From positions 181,536,001-181,600,000 of the forward strand of contig OZ024740.1 of NCBI GenBank assembly GCA_964016885.1: a stretch of DNA of 64,000 nucleotides, written 5' to 3'. Source of the DNA: Eledone cirrhosa (Eukaryota). The position numbers and the translations under genes were made by a program. Numbering within the stretch: position 1 is the first letter of the stretch; each line of letters begins with the position of its first letter. The notes under the pieces were generated by a model. It had not been told where the DNA came from, did no database searches, and saw only the letters and a list, made by a program, of their open reading frames with translations. Of the stretch, positions 40,500 through 59,148 are shown one piece after another.

Positions 40500-41595
40500 C
40501 ACATAAGAAACGCGCATGCGTGAGGGAATTAGTTGCCCGTATAACAGTGCACCATCGAAGTGTGCCGTCAGTTGCTCCAGCGTGAGTACTTCTAAGAAGC
40601 CACCCAACGTGCTAGAAATAGCAGCTTTATTTCTCTGAAATCATACCACCCTCTTCCAATAACAACACATTAGATGACTATGCCTGAATAAAAGAATGGT
40701 TGCTTTTTATCCAAAGTTTGATTGATCAGTGCTAACCTGCTGCTAAATACATTACTTATAGAACCGAGTAGTGGCTGTAATATCGATAAACCGCAAACCT
40801 CTTGAGCGGCACTCGAATGACTTGATGCACCAGTTGCTGGAACATGCCATGATGAAGATGCTGAACAAATTATCCTATGCTATATAATTACTCTTTTACC
40901 TTTAGCTTTCAAAGGTAGTTTTGATATTCACTCTTAAGGAATTGATAGAAATAAAGTACAAGGTATATAATAAATTATATTTGATCGATTACAGACTTTC
41001 CGCCACATCTGTGACCTTGTCTCTCTTTCTGTGTTCGATGTCATTCGCATATATCTTTATTCAATGTATTATACATGAAATCATTGGCAGCTTATATACA
41101 TGTTATGTTTTTTACGTCGAGGAAGATTGTAACAATTAGCTATTCTAATGAAAAAAATGTAGATAAAATGAAAGTGCTAATAGAAAATAATAATATAACT
41201 TCTAAGTATAGAATTCTGTTGAAAGATGAAACATGTAATTTGATCATTTCTCATCAGTTCAGTTTCCAATAATTACATCTCATTCTGATTTTCATTATTT
41301 CTTCATTAATTACATTCCATGAATGTCATTATATATATATATGCGTGTCATTATATATATATATATATGTACGCACACACACACACAGAAACGCACACAC
41401 ACACGCACACACACTTACACATGTATATATATATATACATATAAACACGGATATATTCAGTCACATATTTCATACATATACAATACATGTCTATAAACAT
41501 ATAATACGCATACACAGACACAGACACACAGACACACATGCGCGCACACAAACACACACACACACACACATACACACACAAACACACACACACAT

Positions 41596-41636
<41 letters not shown>

Positions 41637-41637
41637 G

Positions 41638-41925
41638 TAATAATTGTTTCTACTTTAGGCACAAGGCCAGCAATTACCCAGTGCATTACTGGTACTTTAT
41701 TTTATCGACCCCGTAAGGATTAAAGGCAAAGTTAACCTCGGCGGGATTTGAACTCAGATCGTAAAGGGACGTAACTATGCTGGAAAGTATGGCGTCCGAC
41801 CCTCTACCGATACTGCCAATCCACCGCCCCTATATATATAGTAATAATGGTTTCTGATTTAGTCACAAAGCCCGGGAAAGTGAAAGTCGATAAAATCGAC
41901 CCCAGTGTATTAATGGTACTTTAAT
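41638..41925 (-). mobile_element. SINE copy plus a partial second copy
   Basis: Reverse complement of the full SINE (41638-41830) and a 3' part (41840-41925). Confidence 0.9.
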
Positions 41926-41939
41926 TAAGTGATAGATCG

Positions 41940-43575
41940 GTTGGAATATATGTTTTTGTCGATTTTGGCAAGAGTTATGTTATACCTTGTGCAAACCAAT
42001 CTGGAGTTTTCTCAGCGTTTTGCATAGTTTCATTATAACATTTTACTAACGGATCATGGGTAGCAGTCAGTGATAATAACCAGAGGTTTGACACTTTATC
42101 GATGTGATGATATTTCCCTTTGTTGGCTTTCGTTACTGCACACTCCATTCATTCCATAGTTACTCCCTGCCAAGTCTGCCATTCTAAATTATTGTATGCT
42201 CTTTCCATGATCTTTCCATTCTGCATTCAAGATATGAGATTGTTCTGTGCTCCATACTTTCTTACCATTTTCTTCAATCTCATGAATTGAAGGAGGTTCC
42301 TTTATTTGGATTTCCTGTGTTTTGAATTGCCTGTGAAATCTTTTTATATCTGACATAATTAACTTATTTTGCCTGTAAAACCTATTTCGTCTTTCACATC
42401 TGATTCTGTGAGCATTCAGTTGTACTTTCTGTTTCAGGGTTTCTTTGATTGGTGGATTATCAGAATTGGAGGATACTTTTTATTTCATGATCACTTTTCT
42501 TCTTTCTCTTGACTTGACAGATGTCCTAAGTTATATTGTATCCAGGATCGACATTTCTCCCCTTATCATTTCAATATCCTTCTTAATTTTTATCTTTCAG
42601 AATGTATTTTGTGAATGTGGTGTCCTTTTCACTTTTTCCGTAACACACATTTCCTTGGTATTACTGTTACTGCTGCATAAATAACCTCATTAAATGTTGT
42701 TACATCAGGCTGCATCTCTTCAATCATGGCTTCACGAGCTTTATTTCACATTGTCATATGGCTTTTGATCTGTTTGTTGTCTGTCAGTTTTAGTAAGTAG
42801 TATCTTCCCTTTATATTTGTTTCTCTTTTCCAAGTTCGTAGAGAATTGCTTATTTTTTATTGTTCTACACGAAATGGATGCTTACTCATAAGCTATGAGT
42901 TAAAATATATTCATCTGTATTGTCCATCTACCTTTCAGCTTGACTCTGCCCTATTGTATTTCTGATATATTCAATGTTTCTCAAATTAATTCTGGTGACA
43001 ACATAGTCAAAACGCCTTGTGGTTTCTCTTCTCTGACAATTTCATTTTTGTTATATTGATATTCTCATATCTTTTTTCGAAATTCTTCTTTATTTCCATT
43101 TAACTCCATTAATCTGTTAGTCTCTTCTTTCTAAGAATCTTTCTTCTTACATTTGTAATATCTTTTTCATCCGTATTTGGTCTGCTTTGGGGATTTCTTT
43201 CCTTCCGTAACCCAGAAAGAAATGACTGTGTGCCTTGATTCCGATGGTTTTCTCAATGATTAATAGAATGCGTATATCGATTCTTTATACAATTCATGTG
43301 GTATTTGGTATGTATAGTTTATAGACATCCTTGTGGTGCTAAACGTGGAGGTCTTAGGTGCAGATTACTTTGATTCAACTGACCATCAGAGTCCGCATTT
43401 GATAAAGAGCTTGTTTCAGGAGCAGTCATTTCGACTGTAGGTTGATTCCCCCACCCACGAGGGATACGGCTCTTGTTGACCTGGGCGGCAACTGTTCTGG
43501 CATATACTTTTGTCAGTAGACATTGTGGGAAATTTGTTCTTTTTGCGTTATATCCCTCACCGCTGAGGGGTAAAC
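41940..43575 (-). mobile_element. Heavily degraded 5' portion of an R4/Dong-like LINE
   Basis: Minus about 41940-42130 resembles the pre-RT region (DKVSNLW..HDPLVKCYNE..TPDWFAQGIT.LLPK). The 5' end abuts (TAA)n. Confidence 0.5.
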
Positions 43576-43592
43576 ATTATTATTATTATTAT

Positions 43593-46500
43593 TTATCTTG
43601 CTTTATGTTCATACGACTTATCACCAAGTCACAACCAGTGACCTCAAGAGACAAGGTCCGCCATGTTCAAGAAAGAACATACATACACACACATGCATAT
43701 TTAGGTGTTTAGACTTGTGATGTACTTATATTGACAGAATCTTCCTTAGTATATGGGCAGTTTCCATTAGTACTATCTTTTGTATTTCTCCTATACGCGT
43801 GTTTCCTGGGATTTGCGATAAGTAATCATTTAACCCCTTATATATAATTCCTAGAGCGCCTACAACCACTGGTATTGTTTAAGTTCTCAATTTCCACATT
43901 TTCCCAATATCTATCTCCAGGTCCTTATATTTGCTCAATTTTTCAAATGATTTTATAGATACATTCTTGATAATTGGAACGGACATTTCAATTAGCAGGC
44001 ATACCCTCTTTTTAAAGTACTTCAGTATTATATCAGGTCTTTTCTCATCTATCTTTCGGTCTGTGTGGATGCTAAAGTTCCACAAGATTGAGATGTGATC
44101 TTTTTCAAGTACGGGAGGTGGTTGAGGCTCCCACCAATTATTTTGATGTGGCAGGTCAAAATGCTTACACATTATCCAATGTATGTATTGTGCAGCTCTG
44201 TCGTGCTTGTTTAGGTATTCAGTTAGAGCTATAGGACTGCACATTCAAATTATATGATCAATGGTCTCTGGTCGTTTTTTACATACACGGCATAATGGGT
44301 TGCATCCATCTTTTATTATGTTGGATTGGTAATTTTTTGTTGGCAGACACTGATCTTGTGCTGATATAATTAGTCCTTCAGTCTCCGATTTCAGTCCAGA
44401 GGATGCCAACCACTGATGGGTTAAGTTTTGTCAACATCAGGATTGTTAGCTCTTTCTGGGTATTTTCCATACAGGCGCTTTTCTTGTCATTTCTTAGCCA
44501 GTTTCTGTAGCAGTTCTTTCTTTGCAGTTACTTTTACCTGCTTTGCTTTTTCTGTGTTTTAAATTTCAGCAGTAAATGGAACTTCTGAAAGTGTTAGTTC
44601 ATTACTGTATCTTTGTGCATCTTTTGTAATGGGGTATGATCTTTTGATGCTTTCATGCTTCAAAACGAGTTTGATCATCCAATCATGTGTTTCCATTAGA
44701 TATGTAGATAATCCAATTGTTGCAGTTTTCAAAGCAATATCTAACTGGATTAATCCACATCCTCATTCTTTCCTAGGGAGATATATTCTATCTGTATCAG
44801 CCTTAGGGTGATGCATTTCGTGCATGGTTAAGAATGTCCTTATTTTTGTATCGAGCCTACGAATCACCCAGCTTGACCAGTTGATGACATTGTAACTGTA
44901 TGTTACTACTGGTATAGAAAGCGTGTTTATGCCATCGATCCTATTCCTTGCATTCAATTCCGTTCTTAAGATTGCTCTTACTCTGCGGTAACATTCCTTC
45001 CTTATCCTTTCCCTCATTGTCGAGTGCTTGATTCCGTCTCCTTCCCAAACACCTGGATATTTTAAAGTTTCCTCTTGGTTAAGTTATCTTATCATAGTCC
45101 CCCGATCAAGATTAATGTCTGAACTTTTCAGCAGCTTTCCTCTGGTGAACGTGGCTTTGGCGCATTTTAATATCATCACTGAACTGCTTCACAGTGGATA
45201 ATATCCCTTGCAAATAGTTTTAGGTTATCCATGTAGAACAAGTGATTAATAGTTTTGTCATAGTCTTTATATCCATGTTTTGTTTCATTGAGCATTATAC
45301 TTAATGGCATACGCGCGATGCAGAATAAAAGCGGTGATAAAGAGTCACCCTGAAAAATTCCACAATTGATATTAACTTCTCCAGCTTCCAGTGATTTTTT
45401 TTCACCATTCAAAAGGAGTGTCGTTTTCCATGTCTTCATACTGAATGACAGGAACCTCCTGACAACGGGAGATATTTTGAAAATATCTAAACACTTTTCA
45501 ATCCAACTGTATGGCAAACTATCGAATGCTTTTTTGTAATGTATCCAAGCAATTGATAGATTTTTGTGTCTATTATGACAATCTTCCAGTATCATCTTGT
45601 TAAACAATGGCTGATCCTTACAGCCTTATGAGCCCCGTTTACACTCTTCGGAATTATGAATGTATTGTCATTAACTAGCCATGAAGGTATCTTTTCTGGC
45701 TCCTTAACCATTTCACTGTAAAGTTGGGCTACAGCTCATAAGACTCTGTGAACGCATTTATCCAAACATTTTGTATTTTGTCTTTCCCTGAGGATTTCCA
45801 TTTGCTGGATTTTCTAAGAGCCAAACGCAGATGTTCAACTGTTATATTTTCTTATGTTTTTTTCCTCAAGGTGAGCATTTTTCTATCTATCCATAAGGCA
45901 TGTATATTATGAACTTTTTCTTCGGCCCAGATCTTTTCCCAGAATTCTTGCACTTCCTCCTTGATTTAGCAGTTATTGTTGACTTGCCAATTTTTCTGTA
46001 GAAGTTTCTCTGGTTGTTTTGGAACATATTATTGTCCTTATAGAATCTAGATCGTTTTTCAAAGCGCCTTATACCAGCAGCTTTGGCCGACACTTTTTGC
46101 TTGATTGTTTCTATCAGAATGTCTATGTCACTTGTTGATTTTATACTGTATTTTCTTTTCAATTTTCTAAGTTTAGTTTGTTTAACATGTTCACCTACTT
46201 TGTAGTTTGTTAACATATGTATGTCAGATCGGAGAAGGTTTATTTGGCGACTGACGTTCTCTTGCCAAGTAGTGTTTTTGTGGGAACTCTTTTGTTTTTG
46301 TTTTTTCCACTCCACATAAGTGAGTGGTGACTTTAGCCGATGCATAATAGAGATGATTTAGATCAGTAATGTTTAGTTTGTTTGTGATAATAATGTTTCT
46401 GAGAGTTGGTTAGTCTTGTGTATCCTTTGGTTTTGTTTGGTGTTCTGGATCTTAGGGAGAGTGTCTCGTTCCCCCATGTCAGATTCTTTCATTTTCATAA

Positions 46501-47310
46501 ATTCGATCATAATTTCATTCAAGTTGGCGAGTTCATTCTCATTCATTTCTTTATCATTGACGATCTCATTGTTTTTATTTTGAGTTTCATCTTGAGCATG
46601 CACTCCTTCCACTTTGTCTATCCTTTCTTTAATTTGTTTTGCTCTCAGTGATTCCGCCCCAACCCTGTGATTTGAAGTGTTACACTTTACCTCGTTTTCA
46701 CTGACACATGTTTCATTTTCCCTTCGCTGACTTTGCGCTAATAGCTTGATCTGATCAATTTCTATATCAGTTAGTAACATTTTCTTAACAATATTTCTTT
46801 GTATATTAACTAGCTTGTTACTGTCAATATAGTCTCTGTTTTCGGGATGTTTCTTTTTCCAGTTGATATACGTCTGTTCTCTATTCCATCTATTTGATGG
46901 GCGGTACATCGAAGTATAGTAAGCCTCAAGGACTTCTTTATTGTCTTACCTTGACGATTTTTCTCTCTTTTTCTTTGGGTTTCTTGATGGTGAGCATGGA
47001 GGGCTAACAATAGGAGTATTCCGGTTATGGGAAGTCTCCAACTCCGAATTTATGGGAAGGTTTGAACCATTAGCTGATTTTTCGACCCCAGTTTGGTTCC
47101 TCTCTGAGGGACGCAGCCCTTTTTGACATGGGTGACGGCCGATCCGGTATAACATTTTATCAATTGACATTGGCTTTGTTTTGTTGCGTTTTATCTTTAG
47201 CGTTGTCGCTACTGAATTATGTTGAATAGACTGTAGCTTGTATGCGTTTGTTTGATCTGGATATCTATGCGGTTTGTCGCCTATGTTTAATATATATGTT
47301 AACATATTTC
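43593..47310 (-). mobile_element. R4/Dong-like non-LTR retrotransposon (RT + CCHC + restriction-like endonuclease), near full length, inactivated
   Basis: KWKSSGKD, IAWIHYKKAFDSLP, GIFQGDSLSPLLF, HLFYMDNLKL, HHPKAD..RIYLPRK, CRVC..ETIDHI..C, HDR.A..IHW, RPDII, KYKDL. The 3' end runs into (TAA)n. Confidence 0.9.
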
Positions 47311-47354
47311 CTTAATATTTGAATTAAATATTTTGAGGAAAATTGAGATACAAT

Positions 47355-47512
47355 AATTATTTCTACTTTTAGTACAAGACCAGCAATTACCCAGTACATT
47401 AATGGTACTTTATTTTATCGACCCCGGCGGGATTTGAACTCAGATCGTAAAGGGGCGTAACTATGCTGGAAAGCATGTCCGACCCTCTACGATATTGCCA
47501 ATTCACCACACA
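47355..47512 (-). mobile_element. SINE copy with internal deletion
   Basis: Reverse complement of the SINE, lacking about 30 nt of the core. Confidence 0.85.
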
Positions 47513-48039
47513 ATAATAATAATAATAATTATTATTATTATGCTGGGATTGGTGGTGGTGAAATCGCCGTTATCTGGCTGTTGTATTTACTGTACATAGA
47601 GAGGCGGGTTGGGTGGTATATCTAGGTTGTGGTGGTGAAATTGCTGCTTTTAGGCTTGGAGCGATGTGGTGAAATTGCAGTTATGTGGGTATTCTATTTA
47701 CTGTAGACAGAGGTGGGTTTCTTCCAATTATAACAATTTTCTTTTTTGAATATAAAATTTCTAATACAACATTGAATATTTGAGCCATATGCCAGGGTGT
47801 TATGGCTCTCATTTCCTGAGAGCTGAGCTAAGACTGGTGCCTTATGTCCCATGTGTACTAACTAAGAATTGTTATATCACAATTGTTTCAAATATGTTAA
47901 AAATCAAAAGCTTACGGGAGCGATTCCATAACACTCTATCCACCACCTTGAGGTCTCAGACATTGACGTTATTTAACTGGAAAGTTTGTCAAAATGAACA
48001 TCAAGCCGCTACCTGCAGCCTCAGATATTCAGGATGTAT

Positions 48040-48720
48040 CGGAGTGTTCTTGCTGTTCCCAGCAAGCCTTTTGAAGTGTTCCCAAAAATGGGGGGGGGGC
48101 TGGATTAATGTCCTTTAACCATCCTTGAAAATCTTTGAGATAGTACCTAGTGCTCCTATGACAATCGGGAAGAGATTGATCTCATGACTGTCCCAAATCC
48201 TTTTGAACTCCCAATTTAAATCCTGGTTTCAGTTAAATTTCTCCTCCTTTGCTTGCACTCTTGTGTTAAATGGGCAAGCTACATCTACAATCAGGCACAA
48301 TGATTTTTCATCATCGAAAACCAGCAAGTCAGGCCTATTGTGTTCTTACTTGTCTCTCTGTATCCTGAAATCCCATAGCACCTTCACCTGATCGGTTTCT
48401 ACCACCGACTCTATCTTATGCTCATACCACTTCTCAGAATGGGGTAAATTATTTAGTTTGCATAAATGCCAGTAAATCACATTTCCTATAATAACATGCC
48501 TCCAGCCTTTATAGTGATTCTGGGCTAGGTGTTTACACTCGGATACGATGTTATCCACAGTCGCCTCTGTCTTTCCACAGATTCCACTCAGTGAGGTAGC
48601 TTCCTCCTTATCAACATGGTGATTCACCCACTTCGTTTTGAGGGCTTGCTCTTGTGCAGCCATTAGCATTCCATCTGTAGCTTTTTTAGGTCTACTCTTT
48701 TTAACCAGCTCCATATTCCT
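48040..48720 (-). pseudogene. R4/Dong-like C-terminal fragment (second subfamily)
   Basis: AAQEQALKT, CGKTEATVDNIVSECKHLAQ, WRH..IYWHLC, KVLWDFRIQ, NRPDL. Confidence 0.85.
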
Positions 48721-48774
48721 GGATCTCTGAATTCCGTTTTCTTAAAGAAGGTGATATGAAGGGATTTTGTATGA

Positions 48775-48995
48775 AGGTTTGGTTGGCAGTATTAGTAGAG
48801 GGTTGGATGCCATGCTTAACATCATAGAATCACGGCCGTTTACGGTCTGAATTCAAATTCCACCGAAGTTAACTTTGCCTTTCATCCTTACGGAGTCGAT
48901 AAAATAAAGCACCAGTAACGTACTGGGGTCAATTTAATCGACTTTCCCTCCTCAAAAATTGCTGGCCTAGTGAGTGCATATATAAGAAACCATTA
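48775..48995 (+). mobile_element. SINE copy
   Basis: B-box, core and 3' region. Confidence 0.88.
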
Positions 48996-48999
48996 TTAT

Positions 49000-49712
49000 T
49001 TTATTTATCTTGCTTTATGTTCATACGAGTTACCACCAAGTCATAACCAGTGACCTCAAGAGACGACAAAGTCCACCATGTTCAAGAAAAAACACAGAGA
49101 AACATACATGTATCTTTAGGTGTTTAGACTTGTGTTGTATTTATATTAACAGAATTTTCCTTAGTATATGGGCAGTTCCCATTATCTTTTGTAAATTCTT
49201 CTATACGTGGATTTCTCGGGTAATCATTAATAAACATTAGACAACTTCAGTATCATTCCTAGAGCGCCTACATTTTTTTTGGTATTTTATGGTATTTTTT
49301 TAATTCTCAATTTTCACATTTTTTCAATATCTATCTCCAGCTATTTATGCTTGCTCAAAGATTTTTATAGATACATTCTTGTCTATAGGAACGGACATGT
49401 CAATTAGCAGGCATACCCTCTTTTTAAAGTGCATCAGTATTATATCAAATCTGTTAGCATGTATTTTTCGGTCTGTTTGTATGCTAAAGTTCCACAAAAT
49501 TGAGATGTGACTTTTTCAAGTACGGGAGGTGGTTAATGCTCTCGCCAATTCTTTTGATGGGGCAGGTCAAAATGCTTACACATTACACAATGTATGTATT
49601 GTGCATCTCTGCCGTGCCTCTTTGGGTATTCGTTTGGAGCTATAGGACTGCACATTGAAGTTATATGACCAATGGTCTCTGGTTGTGTTTTACACACATG
49701 GCATAATGGGTT
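49000..49712 (-). mobile_element. 3' fragment of the same R4/Dong family as 43593-47310
   Basis: Clear homology to 43593-44300; (TTA)n on both sides. Confidence 0.88.
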
Positions 49713-49857
49713 ATTATTATTATTTTTTTAAAAAGACAAATCACGCCTTTCATTCATGCGGGTGTCATAAAATAAATTAACAATAATGCATTGTGCTTGA
49801 TTTACTCGACATTCCCCCTCCATTCAAATTGCTGGCCTTGAGACTAAAATTAGAAAG

Positions 49858-49881
49858 AACTACTACTAGTACTACTACTGT

Positions 49882-49942
<61 letters not shown>

Positions 49943-49960
49943 GCGACTACAACCTCTACT
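49858..49960. repeat. (TAC)n microsatellite
   Basis: Direct reading. Confidence 0.95.
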
Positions 49961-50002
49961 ATTACAAACTTACATAATTTAGAATTCATTATTATCAATA
50001 CA

Positions 50003-50190
50003 AGGGCGGTGAATTGGCGGTATTGGTAGAAAGGTCGGGCATGCTTTCCAGCGTAGTTACGTCCCTTTACGATCTGAGTTCAAATTCCGCAGAGGTTAAC
50101 TTTGCCTTTCATCCTTACGGGGTCGATAAAATAAAGTACCAGTAATGTATTGGGTAATTGCTGGCCTTGTGCCAAAAGTAGAACCAATTC
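50003..50190 (+). mobile_element. SINE copy
   Basis: Head gggcggtgaattggcgg, B-box and core. Confidence 0.9.
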
Positions 50191-50518
50191 TTATCAATAC
50201 AACTAAAACTATACAGCTTTTTGGAAAATTCTTCATTTTCTTTTTATCAGATTAATATAGTGTAGTTAACTAAAACTGAATGCCTTTGGTGCAAATTTCT
50301 AAAGCAGCATAACTCGCCCCGGCCTTTTCATATGTCTCCCGGGGATCCAATGAATGTCTGCAGAAATATTTGTTTGTTTAGCTATTGAAGGACATTGATT
50401 GATTTCTTTATTCATTTCTAGCACATACATTTTCTATTTGGTTTCGACATATCAATAAATATTGACAATACTTGTTGCACTTATATATATATGTATATAT
50501 ATATATGTATATATTTAC

Positions 50519-50602
<84 letters not shown>

Positions 50603-52794
50603 CTGTGCTTCTGAGCGTGTGTCTCTCTTTCCCTTTGTAAATGTATGTATGTGTATATAATGTTTAATATACAATATTTATTAATGTTATGTAAATTGAA
50701 GATTAGCATTGACAACAGTAACAATAACACCAATCATAATAATAACAAAAATAACGGTTAGTTTAATAGAATATAAATCTATAAAACCCGTTTTATTTCG
50801 TTCTTTATTTTCTCACTTGTTTCAAATTTCGTTTATACAAATCGCTTATTTAAAACCATATTTTGTCAAAATGAATACATCATCAAATCATAGATGTATA
50901 TTAACATTATATTGACTTTTTATGTTCAGTGGTGGCAGAATTGGTAGCCTGCAGCACAATGATTATTTATATTGTTTAGAAGTGTATTAGTGATTAGCGT
51001 GTCCGGATCCCGATCGTAAGATCAAGCGTTTGATTTCTGGTGGCGCGTTGCATTCTTGAGCAAGACACCTTTACGTTGTTTCAGTCGGGCAAAAATGAGT
51101 CGTATCTGTAATTGAAAACGCCCGTTTTGTCAAACACTGTTTAGTGATTTTATGGTGAGGCTTATCCAGAATGACAATCGAAGGTTCTAAAACCTGATAT
51201 AAAATTTACTTTCATCAACAATATATATATGAAGATATGAAATAAGGATTTATTTTTAATTGAGACTTGCCAGTTTTCTTTTGTCATTCCTAATGATACA
51301 GATGACTAGGAAAACTCTGATATTTACATGAAGATACCAATGTCAACTTTGAAGTTTCTAGTATAAGTAAATTAACATATAATAATATTATGGATAGAGC
51401 ATTTTACATTGTGTTGCTCCAGCGAAAATTAACCAGTCAAATGTATACGTACAATTGTACCTATTGACGATCATGTTTACAGAAGAATTTAGTGTACCTA
51501 GTTTTCCAGCTTGAATACAATGAATATAACACAGTGTGTCAATAGTTGTATGGTGAAGTTTGTATTTGAATTGTCACAGCACTACTGAAGAATATGTGCC
51601 TTCTTGTAGTGAGTCAACAGTAAATCAGGACAGCAGTGCCTACCACCCTGCCAGCTATATGTTTGCAGACAGTGTATAACCTAATGAAACACGCATGAAA
51701 TGTATAGTGCTATTGCTCCTGTTGTTCATCTAAACAGTAGCAGCATCTGCGGCAGCCCTGAACTTAAAAGTCTGGTACAATTATATAGATACATAAATTA
51801 GGTAATTTTAGACGTAAGAGTATTGGATAGTGTAACCCCATTAACAGGATGCAAATTATCAACTGTTGGAATAGTAGTCCACTTCTCTTGATAACTTAAG
51901 TTATATGCATCTACATTCAATACATGCTTGATTGTCAAAGACCAAACAATGCACATTATATAATAAACTATATATTGAGAGAAGGTTTAACCAATGAATT
52001 AAATATGGATTACTGACGTAGCTTCGGGGAGATTTACAACTTGGTTTAATAAATTCTGTATAATCAAATATATTTAATCTCAATACGACACTCTTAAAAC
52101 ATTAACTCTACAATAAACAGTATGAAACAGTCATCAGAAATATCTTGATTTAAGTACCGAACTATTTCCTTAAGCCATTCCACGTCACATTAGTCTCCTG
52201 GGAATGCTATACTTCCAAAATTATAGGAAATTTTAGGAAGATATTAATTAATTTATTGTGTAATGAGTTTGGCTTCAAGAACTAAACCACTACAGATAAC
52301 ATGTGAATCTTTCATCTGCATCATGCGCATATTGTGCAGGATGTAATAGCATATATTTTCAAGTTAAAATCACTATAAATAACAGGGAAACCACTTAGTT
52401 TGCGACGCCATTCAGTGCGAATGTTTTTAGAAGGGAGCAACAGAACTAACGGAGTTCTGAGCTTCTTATTCACTGGTTTGCTAAATACACATACACTCAC
52501 CTACCACACACACTCACACACATACACACACATACATATACATATATATATATATATATTGTCGATCGACTTTTGTCAAATCCGACCGAGGAAACACAGT
52601 TTCTGTTGGTCTTTCCAATTGGTAATATTATCTGTCAGTCGCAACCGGAAATAAAGTGTCTAGCCCAAGGACATAACGCATAGCCCAGACCAGGAATCGA
52701 ACTGACAGCCCCATGATTGCAAATCCAGTTCTCCAAGCAATCACCCACAGGCTTTCACTTCACTCACACACACACATATATATATATGTATATG

Positions 52795-52828
<34 letters not shown>

Positions 52829-52880
52829 AATATATATATATGTGTGTGTGTATATATATATGTATATATATGTGTGTGTT

Positions 52881-52923
<43 letters not shown>

Positions 52924-52934
52924 GTATATAAATA

Positions 52935-53018
<84 letters not shown>

Positions 53019-53034
53019 TATATATATAAATTTG

Positions 53035-53153
<119 letters not shown>

Positions 53154-53426
53154 TAGATGAACAATCAAGCCACAAATGCGGAACTCGTGTAGATTCAACA
53201 GCAGTTCTAGTCTGGAACAAGCTGTTGAAACAACAAGACATCAGTCAACGGGTTCCAGACTTTTTATAATATAACCATACTCTATTACCCCAAGTATCGA
53301 GTACTCTGATGAGTAATTTTCTTACCTTTTCCAAACTGAATACATCATGATATATATCTTTATCTAACAATCTCTCTCTCTACATATATATATGTTGTGT
53401 GTGTGTATGTGTGCACGCGCGCACGC

Positions 53427-53466
<40 letters not shown>

Positions 53467-53539
53467 AGATTTGAATGGATACAGTTTAGTTGAAATTTAG
53501 TTGAAATTTATTCTGTTATTTTAATAAATAAATAAATAA

Positions 53540-57180
<3,641 letters not shown>

Positions 57181-57276
57181 TTTTAATGAATATTTGCTCT
57201 AGGGTTCTTATATATTTGATATATATTTATCCTTATCGAGCCCTCTTTGGATTTTAGTCTTCAAATGTATTATTAT

Positions 57277-57340
<64 letters not shown>

Positions 57341-58614
57341 TAGTATATATATATATGTATATATATATATATACATGCTTGTTGAACTTCGGAACTTCCG
57401 ACGAAGATTATTCCAATTTTGGACTAACCAAGAAACTTGGTCTTGAATTTGGCATACAAATGTCTGATCATTCTATAGACACGGAATATCAAGGATATTC
57501 CACGTGATATATTTTATTACACTATGTCACATGGATAAAATACATGTGCATTGAATCTTTCGAATTACAATCATATTTGTAACGCCGAATTTTCTTTGTC
57601 CTTTAAACATGAAAACGTACATGTACTTACACATACACACATATAGTGAAATGTAAGTAATCATAGTCACAGAGAAAAATCTAATTAAATTTCACGTTTG
57701 CATACATACACACCTGTGTGTTTAGAAAAGATTAGGGGAGAAATTTCATTTAGTAAAAAGATGAGGATTCATATACATACATTCACACCCACATACATAC
57801 ACGCACATAAACACACATATATGTATGTCTTTTTAGATAAATAGAAAAGAGCATAAATATTTGCTTTGATATTAATAATTAATTGTTCAGATTTACTAAA
57901 TTGATTTTGTTAATTACTGCAAAATATACTAGTGAAAGCGTGTCTTCCACAGAATATAACTTAATAGGACCTTTCTATCTAGGCAAAATAGGTTAATCCT
58001 GTAAACATGTTTGAAATATTAAAATTTATTAGACAGATTCTGCACGCTTCCTATTTCACTTATTGTTTCCATATTAAGTTGACTCGCTCTCCCACCTCTT
58101 CCCGTGCTAGACTTCTTCTTTCTCGGCTTCACCCCGTCTCTTGCTTGCTTTCTCCTCAATTATCTCCACTTCTCTCTTTTCCCTACTTCTCAGTCTCCTC
58201 TACTTCTAGTTAATACATTTAACTCCATTTAACGTCTCTCTCTAAATATGATTGATGTAAGGATTTCTTAAAGATTCTTCAGATTCAGCTAAGTACATTC
58301 AGTTTTCTAATGGGAAATCCAGTTAAACCAAGATTAAATAGGGCAATGGAAATTGTGATTAAAAATGCACAGTTTTCTTGGAAAGTTTACAATAAACTAA
58401 AGAGATTAAAGGTAATAAAACAAAAACTGTTACATCAATAAGTATCCAATATTATTTCTTTTCTATTATTTCTTACGTACTTTGAGTGAATTGTAAAAAT
58501 TCTGGAAATACAAATCAGAATACAGGTTCAGTCAGAAATATTTTGTTATGGCAATAAAATAAACTATCTAGGTTAGAACTACATTGCGTTTATATAGAGT
58601 TTTTATTACTATTA

Positions 58615-59148
58615 TGTTGCTTTGGACCGCTTAGAAGGGTAAAACCGCCAGCCGCTGTAGACTGGCCGGCTTTGTGTTGGACGAGCATTTTGTTACGGCT
58701 CCTTTTATCGGACCCCCCCCCCCTTCGTGCGAGGGTGAGCAGAGCTCCCCTGAAAAGGGCTGATCAGTCGCCCGGTGAAACGCCTGATCTCCTCCTGCCT
58801 TGCCCTGCCCTAGTGCTCCAAACCGCTTGCTGTCGCCGCCTTCATGTCTGTTGGGACAATGTTGTCATCATCCACTCACTCCCCCGGGTCCAGTCTTAGC
58901 ATCAGGGGCAGGTATCCCCTATCTAACTCACCGGGGGCTTGCAGACCCGTCCGGCTACCCTCAACCTGGTTCGGCCCGCCAGCCAAGGCGGTTTACCAGG
59001 GTGAGGCCGCTGTCGCATGCTACAGATTCTTGGGGCCACAGGTGAGAGCTAAGTGTAAGGTGGGACCCAGTGCATGACCAGCTGTCATGAAAAGGGCATG
59101 GCTAGCCCCCCCTACAGAGGTACATGCCCCTCTCTGTCACCCCAGGCA
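58615..59148 (-). mobile_element. GC-rich island resembling the 5' UTR of an RTE-type LINE
   Basis: Sharp GC-rich island that starts at a (TA)-rich boundary and has no supported ORF. The resemblance to RTE 5' UTRs is from recall only. Confidence 0.45.

Noticed and set aside
53306-53330. CTGATGA-gtaa..ttac (also CTGATGA at about 27712 and its mirror)
   Set aside because: No correctly placed GAAA, stem III or stem I.
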